Shown piece by piece: positions 10,003 through 20,811 of a stretch of 64,000 bases of DNA. The translations under genes were made by a program, and so were the position numbers. A model generated the notes under the pieces. The model had not been told where the DNA came from and did no database searches. It worked only from the letters and a program-made list of their open reading frames with translations. Positions within the stretch are counted from its first letter, which is position 1, and each line of letters starts with the position of its first letter. Source of the DNA: Steroidobacterales bacterium. GTDB lineage: Bacteria; Pseudomonadota; Gammaproteobacteria; Steroidobacterales; Steroidobacteraceae. The stretch is from positions 740 to 64,739 of the forward strand of contig JBBROC010000009.1 of NCBI GenBank assembly GCA_038229815.1, written 5' to 3'.

Positions 10003-11688
10003 CTACCGCGCGCCAGTGCTCTGCAGGCGAGTTGCCTCGAACTCATCGCCGGACAACCAGTTCACGGTGTCCTTTGCCAGAAGCGCCTGCCAGCCGAGCG
10101 CAAAACCGAACTTCGCGAGCGACGCATTGCTCGAGAAATCCATCGCGGGCGAATACTCGTCGCTCGGTTGATGATAATGCTTGGCAGTGTAATCCGCCCG
10201 CTGCGTCCCGCCCCATTCTGTCGGATGACCTGCAAATTTCACGCCGGTATTGATTGAAAATGCCGGGACCCCGGCACGCGCCAAACTGAAGTGATCGGAG
10301 CGGTAGTAGTGGCCGGCGCCCGGTTCAGCGTCCGGCTGGATTTCGAAACCGAACGCATGGGCTGTCTTTTCGACGGTGGGATAAAACGAGGTGCGCTCCG
10401 CGCCCGTAACGCTCACCGACTCGGGCGCACCTATCGGCGGGATCGCATCAAAGTTCAGACCAAGTGCGATGCGCCCAGCCGGAATCGGCAGATGCTTTCC
10501 AAGATACTCCGAGCCCCGCAGACCCTTCTCCTCGGCCGTCACGGACACGAACAAAACCGGATGGGGTGGCGGCGCTTGCGCTGTCGCGTACGCGCGCGCC
10601 AGTTCCAGAACGATGCCCACGCCGGTGCCGTTGTCGACCGCACCGTTGTAGATGTTGTCGCCGCTCATGGTGGAATCGATTCCCAGGTGATCGTAGTGCG
10701 CGGAATAGACGACAGCTTGGGCGGCATTGCCCGGGGCTGTGCCCGGCAGCAAGCCGAGCACGTTGTAGGACACGAATTTCCGCACCTTGCTCACGATGTG
10801 AGCCTTGAAGCGCAGCGGCAACTCCCGTGCCCTGAAATCGCGTGTTCCAGCGCTCGCCATCACGTCGTCCAGGTTCAGTCCCGAGGCCGCGAACAATTGA
10901 CGCGCGACCTCGAGTTGTACCCATGCCGCTGCCTTGAGCTTCGGATCCTTGTCGTTGCTGAGGTAAACGCTTTCGCCGCTCCAGGAGTTTCGCACTACGT
11001 CCCAGCCGTAGCTCGCGAGGTCCATGCGGTGAATGATCAGAGCGCCGGCCGCGCCCTTGCGCGCCGCCTCCTCGAACTTGTAGGTCCAGCGCCCGTAATA
11101 GGTAAGCGCTTCCGCATTGAAGAATTTTGGATCCTTCGACGGCGGCTCGTTGACGATAACCAACAGCATCTTGCCCTTGACGTCTACGCCCTTGAAATCG
11201 TTCCATCGGTCCTCAGGGGCCTCGATCCCATAACCGACGAACACGATCGGCGCATCGATATCGACGTTGTCCGTCTGCGATTGGTTGCCTATCACGAAGT
11301 CCGCGCCGAGTTTGAGTTCGTGGGCGTTTCCCTGCTGGGCTTGCCAGGTGGCAGTTGTGCCGGGCAAGGTCTGCACGCCGGTAAAATCGACTCTTTGCAG
11401 ATAACCACCATCATCTCCTGCGGGTTTCAACCCGTCCAACGCGAATTGGGTGGCGATGTATTTCGCCGTGATGTCGCCGCCGCGTGCACCGGTGCCTCGG
11501 CCTTCGAGCAAGTCATCCGCCAAAAAACGCACGTGTGCACGAATGTGCTCCGCGTCGATGCTCTGCATAGCAGTCGCTGCCTTGGCGGGCAGCCCAAGTG
11601 CTTGGCCTAAGTCCGAGGATGCCAACGCGACCGAAACCCACCCTAACGCCGCAACCGCGGCAAGCACCGCCAATCTAGAGAATTGCAT
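10003..11688 (-). CDS. secreted M28-family aminopeptidase with a PA domain
   Basis: Signal peptide (MQFSRLAVLAAVAALGWVSVALASS) and M28 zinc-ligand context (SAHYDHLG, DNGTGVGIVLE, VTAEEKGLRGS, YHQPSDE). ATG at 11688 with AGGAG upstream; the 650-aa track ORF is an upstream run-on. Confidence 0.85.
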   Translation of the reverse strand: MQFSRLAVLAAVAALGWVSVALASSDLGQALGLPAKAATAMQSIDAEHIRAHVRFLADDLLEGRGTGARGGDITAKYIATQFALDGLKPAGDDGGYLQRVDFTGVQTLPGTTATWQAQQGNAHELKLGADFVIGNQSQTDNVDIDAPIVFVGYGIEAPEDRWNDFKGVDVKGKMLLVIVNEPPSKDPKFFNAEALTYYGRWTYKFEEAARKGAAGALIIHRMDLASYGWDVVRNSWSGESVYLSNDKDPKLKAAAWVQLEVARQLFAASGLNLDDVMASAGTRDFRARELPLRFKAHIVSKVRKFVSYNVLGLLPGTAPGNAAQAVVYSAHYDHLGIDSTMSGDNIYNGAVDNGTGVGIVLELARAYATAQAPPPHPVLFVSVTAEEKGLRGSEYLGKHLPIPAGRIALGLNFDAIPPIGAPESVSVTGAERTSFYPTVEKTAHAFGFEIQPDAEPGAGHYYRSDHFSLARAGVPAFSINTGVKFAGHPTEWGGTQRADYTAKHYHQPSDEYSPAMDFSSNASLAKFGFALGWQALLAKDTVNWLSGDEFEATRLQSTGAR

Positions 11689-11823
11689 CACTGACTCCTG
11701 AGTAACTCGAGGCGAAAGACTACCGTAAGCCACGGTTCGCCCCGTCGCGTTCCGGCGGGGGGAGTATCGTATTTTTTTCCCCTGGTACTTTGGCGCTATA
11801 GCGGCCGCTTTAGCGACAAAGCG

Positions 11824-11838
11824 GTGAGAATTTCTCAC
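11824..11838. promoter_or_regulatory. perfect 7-1-7 palindrome GTGAGAA-T-TTCTCAC, a candidate operator
   Basis: Read directly from the sequence. It lies 136 nt upstream of the M28 peptidase ATG inside a 398-bp non-coding gap. Confidence 0.25.
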
Positions 11839-12086
11839 GCAGTATCGGCGCTCGGCGAAGCAGTCCGCTCCGCAGCGGCGCATCGGTCGGGTATCTGCGC
11901 GTTTGCGCTTGAATCTGCCGTTCCATGCACCGCTTTGCGCATGCAAAATGTTCACGCGGCACTCAAGGAGGAGACCTCCATCGGGAAATCGCAGGATGCT
12001 CGGGCCGCAGCGCGGGTGGGACGCTCAACGCACAAGCGTGCTCGCCCGCGTTTTATCGCGCCGGGCCCCCGCGGCGCATGACGGTG

Positions 12087-13550
12087 TCAGCCGGTACCGC
12101 CGACGGTCAGGGCATCGATGCGCAGAGTGGGTTGACCGACTCCGACCGGGACCGATTGGCCTTCCTTCCCGCACGTCCCAACGCCGCAGTCGAGCTTCAG
12201 GTCGTTGCCGACCATGCTCACACGCTGCAAAACATCGGGCCCGTTACCTATCAACGTCGCGCCCTTGACGGGTGCGCCGATCTTGCCGTTTTCGATCAAG
12301 TAAGCTTCGCTCGCCGAGAAGACGAATTTGCCGGACGTGATGTCGACCTGGCCGCCGCCGAAATTGACGGCGTACAACCCCTTCTCAACCGAAGCGATGA
12401 TCTCCTCCGGTGCGCGAGAACCTGCACGCATGTAGGTATTGGTCATGCGCGGCAAGGTCATGTGGGCGAACGACTCGCGGCGGCCGTTTCCCGTTGCCGG
12501 CATGCCCATCAGTCGCGCATTCAACTTGTCTTGGATATAACCGCGCAGCACGCCATCCTCGATCAGCGTCGTGCACTGAGTCGGCGTGCCCTCGTCGTCG
12601 ACGTTTAGAGATCCGCGCCGTCGGGCGAGTGTACCGTCGTCGACCACGGTGATTTCATCCGCGGCGACCTTTTGGCCGATGCGATTGCTGAATGCGGATG
12701 TGCCCTTGCGATTAAAATCGCCCTCCAAGCCGTGCCCAATGGCCTCGTGCAGCAAAATGCCCGGCCAGCCAGGGCCAAGCACCACCGTCATGGATCCTGC
12801 CGGAGCGGCCACCGCATCGAGATTCACCAGCGCCTGACGCACAGCCTCGCGGCCATGTGCAAACGGTTCGTCGCCGCGCAGCAGCTCGTCCAAGCCGAAG
12901 CGTCCGCCGCCGCCGCTGTAGCCCTGCTCACGGCGCCCATTCTGCTCGACGATCACCGAGACGTTCAGCCGTACCAGCGGCCGGACGTCTGCAGTCAGCG
13001 TGCCGTCGCTGCTTGCAATCAATACCACTTCATGCACCGCGGCCAGCGATGCCATCACTTGTTTTACCCGTGAGTCGATGCGGCGAGTGTCGGCATCAAT
13101 GCGCATCAACCACGATACCTTGTCCTCGTCGCGAATGGTGTCGAGCGGATCGACCGGGAGGTATAGTCGGTGCGTCAGGGGACGTTGCCACGCCTTCACT
13201 GCGTTGCGCCCGCCGCTGCGTGCGATGGCGCGCGCGGCGTCGGATGCCTCGATCAACGCCGGTAGCAGGACTTCGTCGGTGTACGCAAAGCCGGTCTTCT
13301 CGCCGGACATGGCACGCACGCCGACACCTTGTTCGATGCTGTGCGACCCTTCTTTGACGATACCGTCCTCCAGCGACCAGGATTCCTCCCGCGACAGCTG
13401 GAAATAGAGATCCGCATAATCAACGCCGCGGCTCATCAGGGCGTCGAGCACTGTTGTCAAGCGGCCCTCATCCAGGCCCGACGGGGCCAGGATCATCTTG
13501 TGGGCGACGTCGAACGAAGGTTCACTCAAATCGGAACTGCGTGCATTCAT
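12087..13550 (-). CDS. tldD: metalloprotease TldD
   Basis: 487 aa with TldD-family motifs ([11 protein letters not shown]). Sits in the conserved tldD / C-N hydrolase / yhdP / rng / maf block. Confidence 0.93.
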   Translation of the reverse strand: MNARSSDLSEPSFDVAHKMILAPSGLDEGRLTTVLDALMSRGVDYADLYFQLSREESWSLEDGIVKEGSHSIEQGVGVRAMSGEKTGFAYTDEVLLPALIEASDAARAIARSGGRNAVKAWQRPLTHRLYLPVDPLDTIRDEDKVSWLMRIDADTRRIDSRVKQVMASLAAVHEVVLIASSDGTLTADVRPLVRLNVSVIVEQNGRREQGYSGGGGRFGLDELLRGDEPFAHGREAVRQALVNLDAVAAPAGSMTVVLGPGWPGILLHEAIGHGLEGDFNRKGTSAFSNRIGQKVAADEITVVDDGTLARRRGSLNVDDEGTPTQCTTLIEDGVLRGYIQDKLNARLMGMPATGNGRRESFAHMTLPRMTNTYMRAGSRAPEEIIASVEKGLYAVNFGGGQVDITSGKFVFSASEAYLIENGKIGAPVKGATLIGNGPDVLQRVSMVGNDLKLDCGVGTCGKEGQSVPVGVGQPTLRIDALTVGGTG

Positions 13551-14386
13551 GTCAGCACCGACGCGACGTTGGGCAATCCCAGTTGGCGGTTGTCCAGTGC
13601 CGGAAAGCGCGCGCGCGTTTCAGCTTGCTTGGCAAGATCTATCTCCGCGGTTATCACTCCATTACCCCTTGCCAGGCGCGACAATACCTGGCCCCAATAG
13701 TCGACGATGAGAGTGTCGCCGTAAGTCTCGCGCCCGCTCGTATGAGTGCCGCTCTGCGCCGGGGCTACGACATAACACAGATTTTCGATCGCCCGGGCGC
13801 GCAGCAACGTCTCCCAATGCGCACGGCCTGTAGGCACTGTAAATGCCGCGGGCATCGCCAGCCACTCGGCGCCCAAAAATACGAGCTCGCGGTAGAGCTC
13901 GGGAAAGCGCATGTCGTAGCAAACCGACAAACCCAGCTTCCCAACGGGCGTATCCGCAATGACCGGGTCGCGGCCGGCCGTCACGTGGGTGGATTCGCGA
14001 TATTGCTCGTCGCGGCCGGGAATGGTCACGTCGAACAAGTGGATCTTGTCGTAGCGGGCGACCCGCCTGCCGTCGGCATCGATCAACAGCGAGGAGTTGG
14101 CCACGCGCCGATCGGTAGTGCCGCGAATGACTACGGTGCCGCCCAATATCCACATCTTGAGTTTTCGCGCGGCATCGCTCAAAAACGTCTGTACGGCGCC
14201 CTCGCCGTCCTTCTCAGCCACTTGCAGCTTGTCCGCATCGCGCAAACCGATGAACGAAAAATTCTCCGGCAGGCAGGCGATGTCGGCACCCGCGCCCTTG
14301 GCTTCACGCAGCAAATCGCCCGCCGCAGCCAGATTGTCTGCGACGATGTGACTCGAGGTCATCTGAATGGCGGCAACTCTGCCCAT
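13547..14386 (-). CDS. carbon-nitrogen hydrolase family protein (nitrilase superfamily amidase)
   Basis: Glu-Lys-Cys catalytic context ([23 protein letters not shown]). ATGA overlap with the tldD start. Confidence 0.88.
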   Translation of the reverse strand: MGRVAAIQMTSSHIVADNLAAAGDLLREAKGAGADIACLPENFSFIGLRDADKLQVAEKDGEGAVQTFLSDAARKLKMWILGGTVVIRGTTDRRVANSSLLIDADGRRVARYDKIHLFDVTIPGRDEQYRESTHVTAGRDPVIADTPVGKLGLSVCYDMRFPELYRELVFLGAEWLAMPAAFTVPTGRAHWETLLRARAIENLCYVVAPAQSGTHTSGRETYGDTLIVDYWGQVLSRLARGNGVITAEIDLAKQAETRARFPALDNRQLGLPNVASVLT

Positions 14387-17300
14387 TTATTTCGGCACCT
14401 CGGCAGACCCTGCGGCGGCGTCCGCACTTTTGATTCGTTCGACAATGGGATTATCCCAACTGCCCGTAATACGATAATACCCTCGTGCCAACCCTTTCAG
14501 CGGTTGTTTGAACACTTGTGTGAAAAGAAGCACGGCTCCTGCCACGACAGGTCCGCCGGCGAGGGCCGCCAACGGCAGAGAGTTGCCGATGCTGCCCGTG
14601 ACCACTGCAGTTTGGTCGTAATCCTTATTTTTCAAGCCAACCCGGCCAATTAGGCCGATTTCAGCCGCCGGACCTTTCACCAATACGTTGTCGGTATAGG
14701 CGCTGCCGTCCCGCAGATCGACGTCGCCGCGGACGGTATCGAATGCCAGGCCCTTGTCGGTAAGGTCGCTGAAATCCAGAGCCAACCGCCTGCGCAGCGC
14801 GGCAACGCTGGTAAGCCCCAATACCCGGCCCGCACCGGGTTTAAGCCCGACGATCTGACCCTTTTCCAGGGACAACTGCACGTGTCCCACTGCCTGGCTG
14901 AGGCTATCTGCCGTCGGTGCACCCACCCAATTCAGATCGAAGTCCATGCGTCCCGCTTTGGCTTCGATGAAGGGGATGTAACCGAGCTGCTTCAGGGTGT
15001 CTTGCACGTCGCTGCTCGTCAGTACGCCTTCGATCCGGCCCAATCCCGCGTCCTTGCCCCGCCACTCGCCTTGCGCGCTGAGATTGAAGCTGGCGCCGTT
15101 GATGGAGAGCTGTTTCAAGCCAATCCCGTCGTTCAACTTGACAAGAGCCGCCTCCACGTCGCCGAACTGCCGTTCGCCCCAGTAAAACTCCGCAGCGTGA
15201 AAATTGATCGCCGGAATGCTGCGCGGATCGCCGGCCGTCTTCACGCCGCCGTCTTCCGAGGGGGCGCGTTCCGGCGCCACGTCGACGTGCAGGCGATCGA
15301 AGCGCAAATTCCACGGATCAGGTGAATTCACGGCGCGCGGCAACGTCACCGTCCCTACCGCACTGGGTCCCGCAACTGCAATGCGCAGGGTGCTCTGCGT
15401 TACCGCAAGATCCAACGAAAGGTCGCGGAACACAAGGCCCAGATAGTCCAGTTCTGCAACCTTCAGTCTGGCCGTGCGCAGGTAATCCGACAGCGGCCGC
15501 GCGGTCTGATCGCCCGCAGGGATAAGCTTGATCCAACCCGCCAAATCCAGCCGCGCGACCGATCCGCCCACGTTCAATATTTGCGTGCTGCTGGTGGAGG
15601 TCTCGCCGTCTCCGAATGTCAATGTCAAATGCGCGAGACGCATGCCGGTGCCGTTCAAGTCGGCCTCCAACCCAAAGGAGCCGCTCATCACGGATCCGAG
15701 CGACATCCGACCCTGCGGACCACCGGTTGCCGGCCATTGAATATCTAACCAGGAGGGCATCGGCGTGTCCGCTGCCTTGTCCATGGGCGCCGGCAGCTTC
15801 ATCTCGAGACCGACGAGAGTGCTGCTCACGCGCAGCGCGCGCTCGCGGTTTGGGTCGGGTGCCATTTTCAAGGCGGCGCGCCATTCCGTCTGTCCGTCAA
15901 TGGATACTCCGGCCGGCAGCGCCAAAGCCGTACGCAAGGCATCGCCGCTCAGCGTACCGTGAAATTCAAGTTGAGTACGTGTCAGCGGGCGGCTGCGCGA
16001 GGCCCGCGCCTGCATCTGAAATGGCCCGCCCAATACACGGCCGCGCACCTCGGCGCGGGATACTTGCGCGCCTTCAATGTCGAAATCGCCATTCATATCG
16101 GTCGCGGTGATACTTGATCCGGGCCGAGCGAGCGACACGCCCTCCAAGTGTCCATGCACCGTGATGCGTCGATTCACGAAATTCTTGAGCGGCAGAAACA
16201 GATCCACTTTGAACTGCGCCGGTCCCTTTGCTGCCACGCTGGAAAATGCATGGTCGGTCAGTGCGTCGAGCGGCGAAGCGCGCAAGAATGCAAGCGCGTC
16301 CGCGGCATCGCCGGTCGCGCCGACATGAACATCCAGCTCCCCGCTTTTGAAGTCCGCAAAACGTGCATCGGCCGACGCGATCGGGATGTCGCCGACCCGC
16401 CCGGAGAGAAGGCGGGCGGTCATCCCTTCATTGCGAAATTCCGCCTGTCCCGCGAGATTTTCCAGGCGCGGCCACCCCTCGCCGTAGTCCAATGTCATTC
16501 CATCGAGGGCGCAGCGCGCCAGAAACAATCCGCTGCCGTCGCGAAAGGGGAAATGAGTTATCGGCCCCCGCAAGATGACATCCGCGTGCGACAGGCGTCC
16601 CCCCACGAACGCCCGATCCAGCCACGCGAGCGCCGGCGGCGCGATGAGCGACCGGGGAAAGTAGTTTCGAGTATTCGCTGCGTTGCCATTCTCCACGGTG
16701 CTCGCGAGCGTGACCATCGGCGAGGATCCGTCGGCGGGCTGCAGCCATGCCGCCTTCCCGCGAACGGCGGCATCGCGATTCCTCATTTCCCAATCGTTCG
16801 TCGCAACCAGAAACTCCTCGTTCGTGCGCCTCCAATACAAGGTGGCCCTCAAAGAATCAAAGTCGACCGGATGCGCGAGCTGCGCGGGCCACGTAAGTAC
16901 CCCGTTGCGGGTATCGATATTCAAGTGGCCGCCGCTTTCGGTGCCTGCAACCGTGCCCGTCAAGCCGCGTAGACCGGGCGCACGCCCTAGCGGCGCAAAT
17001 CCGGCGTCGCGGAATCTCGCGTGGACCTGCAGCCGCCAGGGCTGGGTCGCCGCAGTGCGAGCCAACGCAATGGAGGTATCAAACCACTCGCCGGTAGGGG
17101 CTAGTTCTTGGAGCCCGTCGCGCACGGTCTTGTCCGGCACCAATCCTGTCAGCGGCAGGAGCGAATCGGCGCGAAGATAGCTCGCGCGTGCGCGCAAATC
17201 GAAGAGGCCGGCCGCGCCGTTGCGCCAATTCACCTCGAACCGCGAATCGGGATCGCTGCGGCCCGCCTGCGCGGCACGTACTCCCCTCCCCGAAATGTTC

Positions 17301-18223
17301 CAGCGGTCGCCGGCGTGGAAGACGCTCAACGCACCGCTGATTTGCTCGAACTTGGCGCTTGCGCCATCGCCGCGGCGGGTTACCACTCCCCGCGCTGCAA
17401 AGTCGAGATCCGCGCGCGTTATCGTCAGTCCTGTGCCGCTCGCCGTCAGTTCGAACGCGCCGCTTCCCGCTTCGAGTCGGCTCAAATATTCCGGCATCAA
17501 CAATCGCCACCCCGAAAAAATTATTTCGCGCGCCCGCGCCGATGCCTTCCAATTCAATAAATCCACATCGCTGCGGCCGCGTGCGCTTCCGGTGACGCTC
17601 AATGTTCCGCCGAGAACGGGCGGCAAATGCGCATTGAATACGGCCGAAAGCATGTCGTCGCCGCGCTGCAGGTTCAAGTTGACGTCTTGCAGCGTCAGTT
17701 GCGGCAACGCGGCGTTCCAATTTTGCAGCGTGACTACCGCATGGCGAATCACCAATAAACCCGCGGGCAGATTGTTCACATGGAGCGTCTCGCGCGCCGA
17801 ATCCTCGCCGCTCAATTCAATCTCGGAGGCGAGCGCAAAGCTCGTCGGCCCCAAACGCGTGATCACGATGCTCGGCGAGTCGAGTTCGATTCTTCCCGCC
17901 AGCAATTTGCCGCTCTTGAACAGTTGCCAGATGTCGGCGGCGACCCGACCGCCGGCGGCACGCGCTAAAACTCGACGATCATCTTTGGAGCGCAACTCCA
18001 ACCGGTCGAAGTGCAGTTCCGGCCCATACCAGCGGAAGGATGGCGAAACACCGGCAAAACCAATGTGATATCCAGTTTGCGAATGCACCCACTGCCTGAT
18101 CTCGGCTTGGTATGCCGGTGCGCGGTCGAGCGCGAGCTTGATCCCCAGCAGTAAGATCAGCACCGCACCCAGCAATCCCGCGATGCCATACAGCAGGATT
18201 TTTCCGGCCTTACGCGCAGTCAT
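14387..18223 (-). CDS. yhdP: YhdP-family large envelope protein (AsmA-like, implicated in phospholipid transport)
   Basis: 1278 aa with a single N-terminal TM anchor. Position between rng and tldD matches E. coli and Pseudomonas. TAATG overlap with the rng stop. Confidence 0.85.
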   Translation of the reverse strand: MTARKAGKILLYGIAGLLGAVLILLLGIKLALDRAPAYQAEIRQWVHSQTGYHIGFAGVSPSFRWYGPELHFDRLELRSKDDRRVLARAAGGRVAADIWQLFKSGKLLAGRIELDSPSIVITRLGPTSFALASEIELSGEDSARETLHVNNLPAGLLVIRHAVVTLQNWNAALPQLTLQDVNLNLQRGDDMLSAVFNAHLPPVLGGTLSVTGSARGRSDVDLLNWKASARAREIIFSGWRLLMPEYLSRLEAGSGAFELTASGTGLTITRADLDFAARGVVTRRGDGASAKFEQISGALSVFHAGDRWNISGRGVRAAQAGRSDPDSRFEVNWRNGAAGLFDLRARASYLRADSLLPLTGLVPDKTVRDGLQELAPTGEWFDTSIALARTAATQPWRLQVHARFRDAGFAPLGRAPGLRGLTGTVAGTESGGHLNIDTRNGVLTWPAQLAHPVDFDSLRATLYWRRTNEEFLVATNDWEMRNRDAAVRGKAAWLQPADGSSPMVTLASTVENGNAANTRNYFPRSLIAPPALAWLDRAFVGGRLSHADVILRGPITHFPFRDGSGLFLARCALDGMTLDYGEGWPRLENLAGQAEFRNEGMTARLLSGRVGDIPIASADARFADFKSGELDVHVGATGDAADALAFLRASPLDALTDHAFSSVAAKGPAQFKVDLFLPLKNFVNRRITVHGHLEGVSLARPGSSITATDMNGDFDIEGAQVSRAEVRGRVLGGPFQMQARASRSRPLTRTQLEFHGTLSGDALRTALALPAGVSIDGQTEWRAALKMAPDPNRERALRVSSTLVGLEMKLPAPMDKAADTPMPSWLDIQWPATGGPQGRMSLGSVMSGSFGLEADLNGTGMRLAHLTLTFGDGETSTSSTQILNVGGSVARLDLAGWIKLIPAGDQTARPLSDYLRTARLKVAELDYLGLVFRDLSLDLAVTQSTLRIAVAGPSAVGTVTLPRAVNSPDPWNLRFDRLHVDVAPERAPSEDGGVKTAGDPRSIPAINFHAAEFYWGERQFGDVEAALVKLNDGIGLKQLSINGASFNLSAQGEWRGKDAGLGRIEGVLTSSDVQDTLKQLGYIPFIEAKAGRMDFDLNWVGAPTADSLSQAVGHVQLSLEKGQIVGLKPGAGRVLGLTSVAALRRRLALDFSDLTDKGLAFDTVRGDVDLRDGSAYTDNVLVKGPAAEIGLIGRVGLKNKDYDQTAVVTGSIGNSLPLAALAGGPVVAGAVLLFTQVFKQPLKGLARGYYRITGSWDNPIVERIKSADAAAGSAEVPK

Positions 18224-19692
18224 TACATCAGCACTACGTCGTATTGGTCGACGGTGTAAAGCGCTTCGGTCTGCAGTCGTATCGGTTTACCGGTGACCAG
18301 TTCCAATTCACCCAGCGCGGAGGACTCCTCGTCGAGCAAACGTTCTATTACGTCTTGATGGGCCAGGACCATCAATTGCCGACAGTCGAATTGGCGCGAC
18401 TGACGCACAATTTCGCGAAAAACTTCGTAACACACCGTTTCCGCCGTTTTGACGAACCCCCGCCCCTCGCAGGTTGGACAGGGTTGGCACAGCAAGTGTT
18501 CCAGGCTCTCGCGCGTGCGTTTGCGCGTCATTTCGACCAGTCCCAAAGGGGACACCGACGAAATGCTGGTCTTGACGTGATCTTCCGCGAGGGCTTTTTC
18601 CAGGGCTTGGATGACTTGCCGCCGATGCTCTGGCTCCTCCATATCGATAAAATCGATGATGATGATGCCGCCCAGATTGCGCAGGCGCAGTTGTCGCGCG
18701 ACGGTCACAGCCGCCTCGAGATTGGTGCGAAAGATGGTTTCCTCCAGATTGCGATGTCCGACGAATGCGCCGGTGTTGACGTCGATTGTCGTCATCGCTT
18801 CGGTTTGATCGATGATGAGATGGCCGCCCGACTTCAAGGACACTTTTCGATCCAAGGCTTTTTGGATTTCTTCCTCTACGTGGTGCAGCTCGAATACCGG
18901 CCGCGCCTCGCCGTACAGTTCGATGCGGGGCAGCGCGTCCGGCATGAACGTGCCGGCGAATTCGCGCATCTCTCGATGGGCACTCGCCTGATCGATCAGC
19001 ACCTTATCGACATCCGGCCGCAGCAAATCACGCAGAATGCGCAAATGCAGCGGCAGATCGGCATGCACCAGATTGCCGGGCTCGGTGCGCAGGCCCTTCT
19101 GGCGCACGAACTCCCAGAGCTTTCGCAGATACAGCATGTCGGCTCGCAGCGCCTCATGCGGCGCATCCTCCGCGGCTGTACGCACGATGAATCCCGCGTT
19201 CTCGCCGGGTTCGATGCCGGCAATCACCGCCGCACGCAGACGCTCGCGCTCAATTTCATTCTCGATACGCGCCGAAACGCCGACCCCATGGCCTTTGGGC
19301 ATATACACCAGGTAACGGGAGGGCAAAGTGATATAGGTCGTCAAGCGCGCGCCCTTGGTACCAAGAGGGTCTTTCACGACCTGCACCAGGATCTCGTTGC
19401 CCTCGGCTACCAGCGAGCGGATGTTTTCCGTGCGCGGCGGCTCGATGCCGGTATCGGCATGACGCGAGTCGAATATGTCGGAGGCGTGCAGGAACGCCGT
19501 GCGCTCCATGCCGATTTCGATGAACGCCGCCTGCATGCCCGGAAGCACCCGCGATACGCGCCCTTTGTAGATGTTGCTGATGAGCCCGCGCCGGCTCGCG
19601 CGCTCGAGAAACACCTCCTGCAACACGCCGTTCTCGACCACTGCGGCGCGCGCTTCATGAGTGCTGGCATTGACCAGTATGTCAGTGCTCAT
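18223..19692 (-). CDS. rng: ribonuclease G
   Basis: 489 aa with an S1 domain and an RNase E/G catalytic core (NIYKGRVSRVLPGMQAAFIEIG, IIIDFIDM). Confidence 0.93.
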   Translation of the reverse strand: MSTDILVNASTHEARAAVVENGVLQEVFLERASRRGLISNIYKGRVSRVLPGMQAAFIEIGMERTAFLHASDIFDSRHADTGIEPPRTENIRSLVAEGNEILVQVVKDPLGTKGARLTTYITLPSRYLVYMPKGHGVGVSARIENEIERERLRAAVIAGIEPGENAGFIVRTAAEDAPHEALRADMLYLRKLWEFVRQKGLRTEPGNLVHADLPLHLRILRDLLRPDVDKVLIDQASAHREMREFAGTFMPDALPRIELYGEARPVFELHHVEEEIQKALDRKVSLKSGGHLIIDQTEAMTTIDVNTGAFVGHRNLEETIFRTNLEAAVTVARQLRLRNLGGIIIIDFIDMEEPEHRRQVIQALEKALAEDHVKTSISSVSPLGLVEMTRKRTRESLEHLLCQPCPTCEGRGFVKTAETVCYEVFREIVRQSRQFDCRQLMVLAHQDVIERLLDEESSALGELELVTGKPIRLQTEALYTVDQYDVVLM

Positions 19693-20294
19693 CGCGTCTG
19701 GCTTGGCTTCGGCCAGCGCAATACGCCGGCCTCGCTCAAGAGCTGCGCCGTTTCGAACAGCGGCAACCCCATCACGCCGGAATAGCTGCCGCGTAGATCG
19801 GCTATGAAAATCGCAGCCCTGCCTTGTATGGCATAAGCACCTGCCTTATCGCCGGGCTCGCCGGTTTCCCAATAGGCCCGCGCTTCGCCGGCAGCGATAA
19901 TACGAAAGGTGACTTCACTGCGGCTGATTTTGCGTTGAACGCCGCCCGCGGTCCGCAATGCCACTGCGGTCCACACTTCGTGGGTGCGGCCGGACAGTTG
20001 GCGCAGCATGCTCTCCGCCTGCTCCTGATCCGAGGGCTTGCCCAGTATCTGTGCCCCAAGCGCCACCGCCGTGTCTGCCGCCAAGACAGGCACCTGGGTC
20101 GCGTCGCGGCTCTCAATCCAGCCGGCGTTGGCCTTGGCAGCCGCCAGGCGTGTGACATAAGCCCGAGGCTCCTCGCCGGGCAACGCTGTTTCGTCGACCG
20201 CGGCGGCCACTACTCGGTGGGAAACCCCGATTTGTTGCAGCAGTTCACGCCGTCGCGGCGATGCCGAGGCCAGATAAACGAAATCTAGGGACAT
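19689..20294 (-). CDS. maf: Maf-family nucleoside triphosphate pyrophosphatase
   Basis: LASASPRRRELL motif. ATG at 20294 fits the canonical Maf N-terminus; an alternative GTG at 20321 abuts the rlmH stop. ATGA overlap with the rng start. Confidence 0.88.
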   Translation of the reverse strand: MSLDFVYLASASPRRRELLQQIGVSHRVVAAAVDETALPGEEPRAYVTRLAAAKANAGWIESRDATQVPVLAADTAVALGAQILGKPSDQEQAESMLRQLSGRTHEVWTAVALRTAGGVQRKISRSEVTFRIIAAGEARAYWETGEPGDKAGAYAIQGRAAIFIADLRGSYSGVMGLPLFETAQLLSEAGVLRWPKPSQTR

Positions 20295-20321
20295 GTTGCC
20301 AGGATACCGAACGTACGGCAC

Positions 20322-20792
20322 TTAAGCTCGGTGATACGGGTGACCCGCCAGCAAGCTCATGGCGCGGTAGATCTGTTCGGCCACCACCACCCTCACCAGG
20401 GCATGCGGCAAGGTGAGCGGCGACAATGACCAGCTCTGATCGGCCCTTTCGCGGCATTTGGGCGATAGACCATCGGGACCGCCGATCAGCATCGCGAGAG
20501 GCCGCCCATCCCTCAGGCGCTCGCCAAGCCACATGCTCAATTGCTCGGTACTCATGCTCTTGCCGGCCACTTCCAGCGCGACGACATAATCGGCCTGGCT
20601 AAGCACGGCGAGCATGTCCGCCCCTTCGCGCTCAATGGCCCGCGCAGGGTTCTCGCCCGGACGCCGCGTCGCCACGGGTATTTCCTGCAAGTCCAAGACG
20701 AGGGGAGTGCGCAATCGCCTTTGGTATTCGCGAAATCCGCTATTGATCCACTCGGGCATCCGGGTGCCGGCCGCGATCAACCGGCATTTCAT
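20322..20792 (-). CDS. rlmH: 23S rRNA (pseudouridine1915-N3)-methyltransferase
   Basis: 156 aa SPOUT protein ending HPYHR. rlmH-rsfS-nadD-holA synteny. Confidence 0.93.
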   Translation of the reverse strand: MKCRLIAAGTRMPEWINSGFREYQRRLRTPLVLDLQEIPVATRRPGENPARAIEREGADMLAVLSQADYVVALEVAGKSMSTEQLSMWLGERLRDGRPLAMLIGGPDGLSPKCRERADQSWSLSPLTLPHALVRVVVAEQIYRAMSLLAGHPYHRA

Positions 20793-20811
20793 ACACAGAG
20801 CGCTCGGCGTT

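Noticed and set aside
9985-10003. GGTTCGGATC, resembling a tRNA T-loop (GGTTCGAATC), just downstream of the M28 peptidase.
   Set aside because: The flanking bases do not form a T-stem (AAGGG versus CTACC), and no acceptor or anticodon arm can be built. It is not a tRNA.
11689-11955. N-terminal run-ons of track ORFs: the M28 peptidase to 11955, mgdC to 51365, the TonB receptor from 27175, nadD to 22112, djlA to 2162 and yihY from 2941.
   Set aside because: The extended parts overlap neighbouring genes or are Arg-rich junk. In each case an internal ATG has a Shine-Dalgarno sequence, a signal peptide or a start/stop overlap that fits the family's normal N-terminus.
11925-12608. A 227-aa plus-strand ORF starting in the tldD-peptidase gap, with a GGAGG nearby.
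   Set aside because: Most of it is antisense to tldD, and the translation is Arg/Ala-rich with no motif. The GGAGG is part of a small hairpin, not a convincing RBS-start pair.
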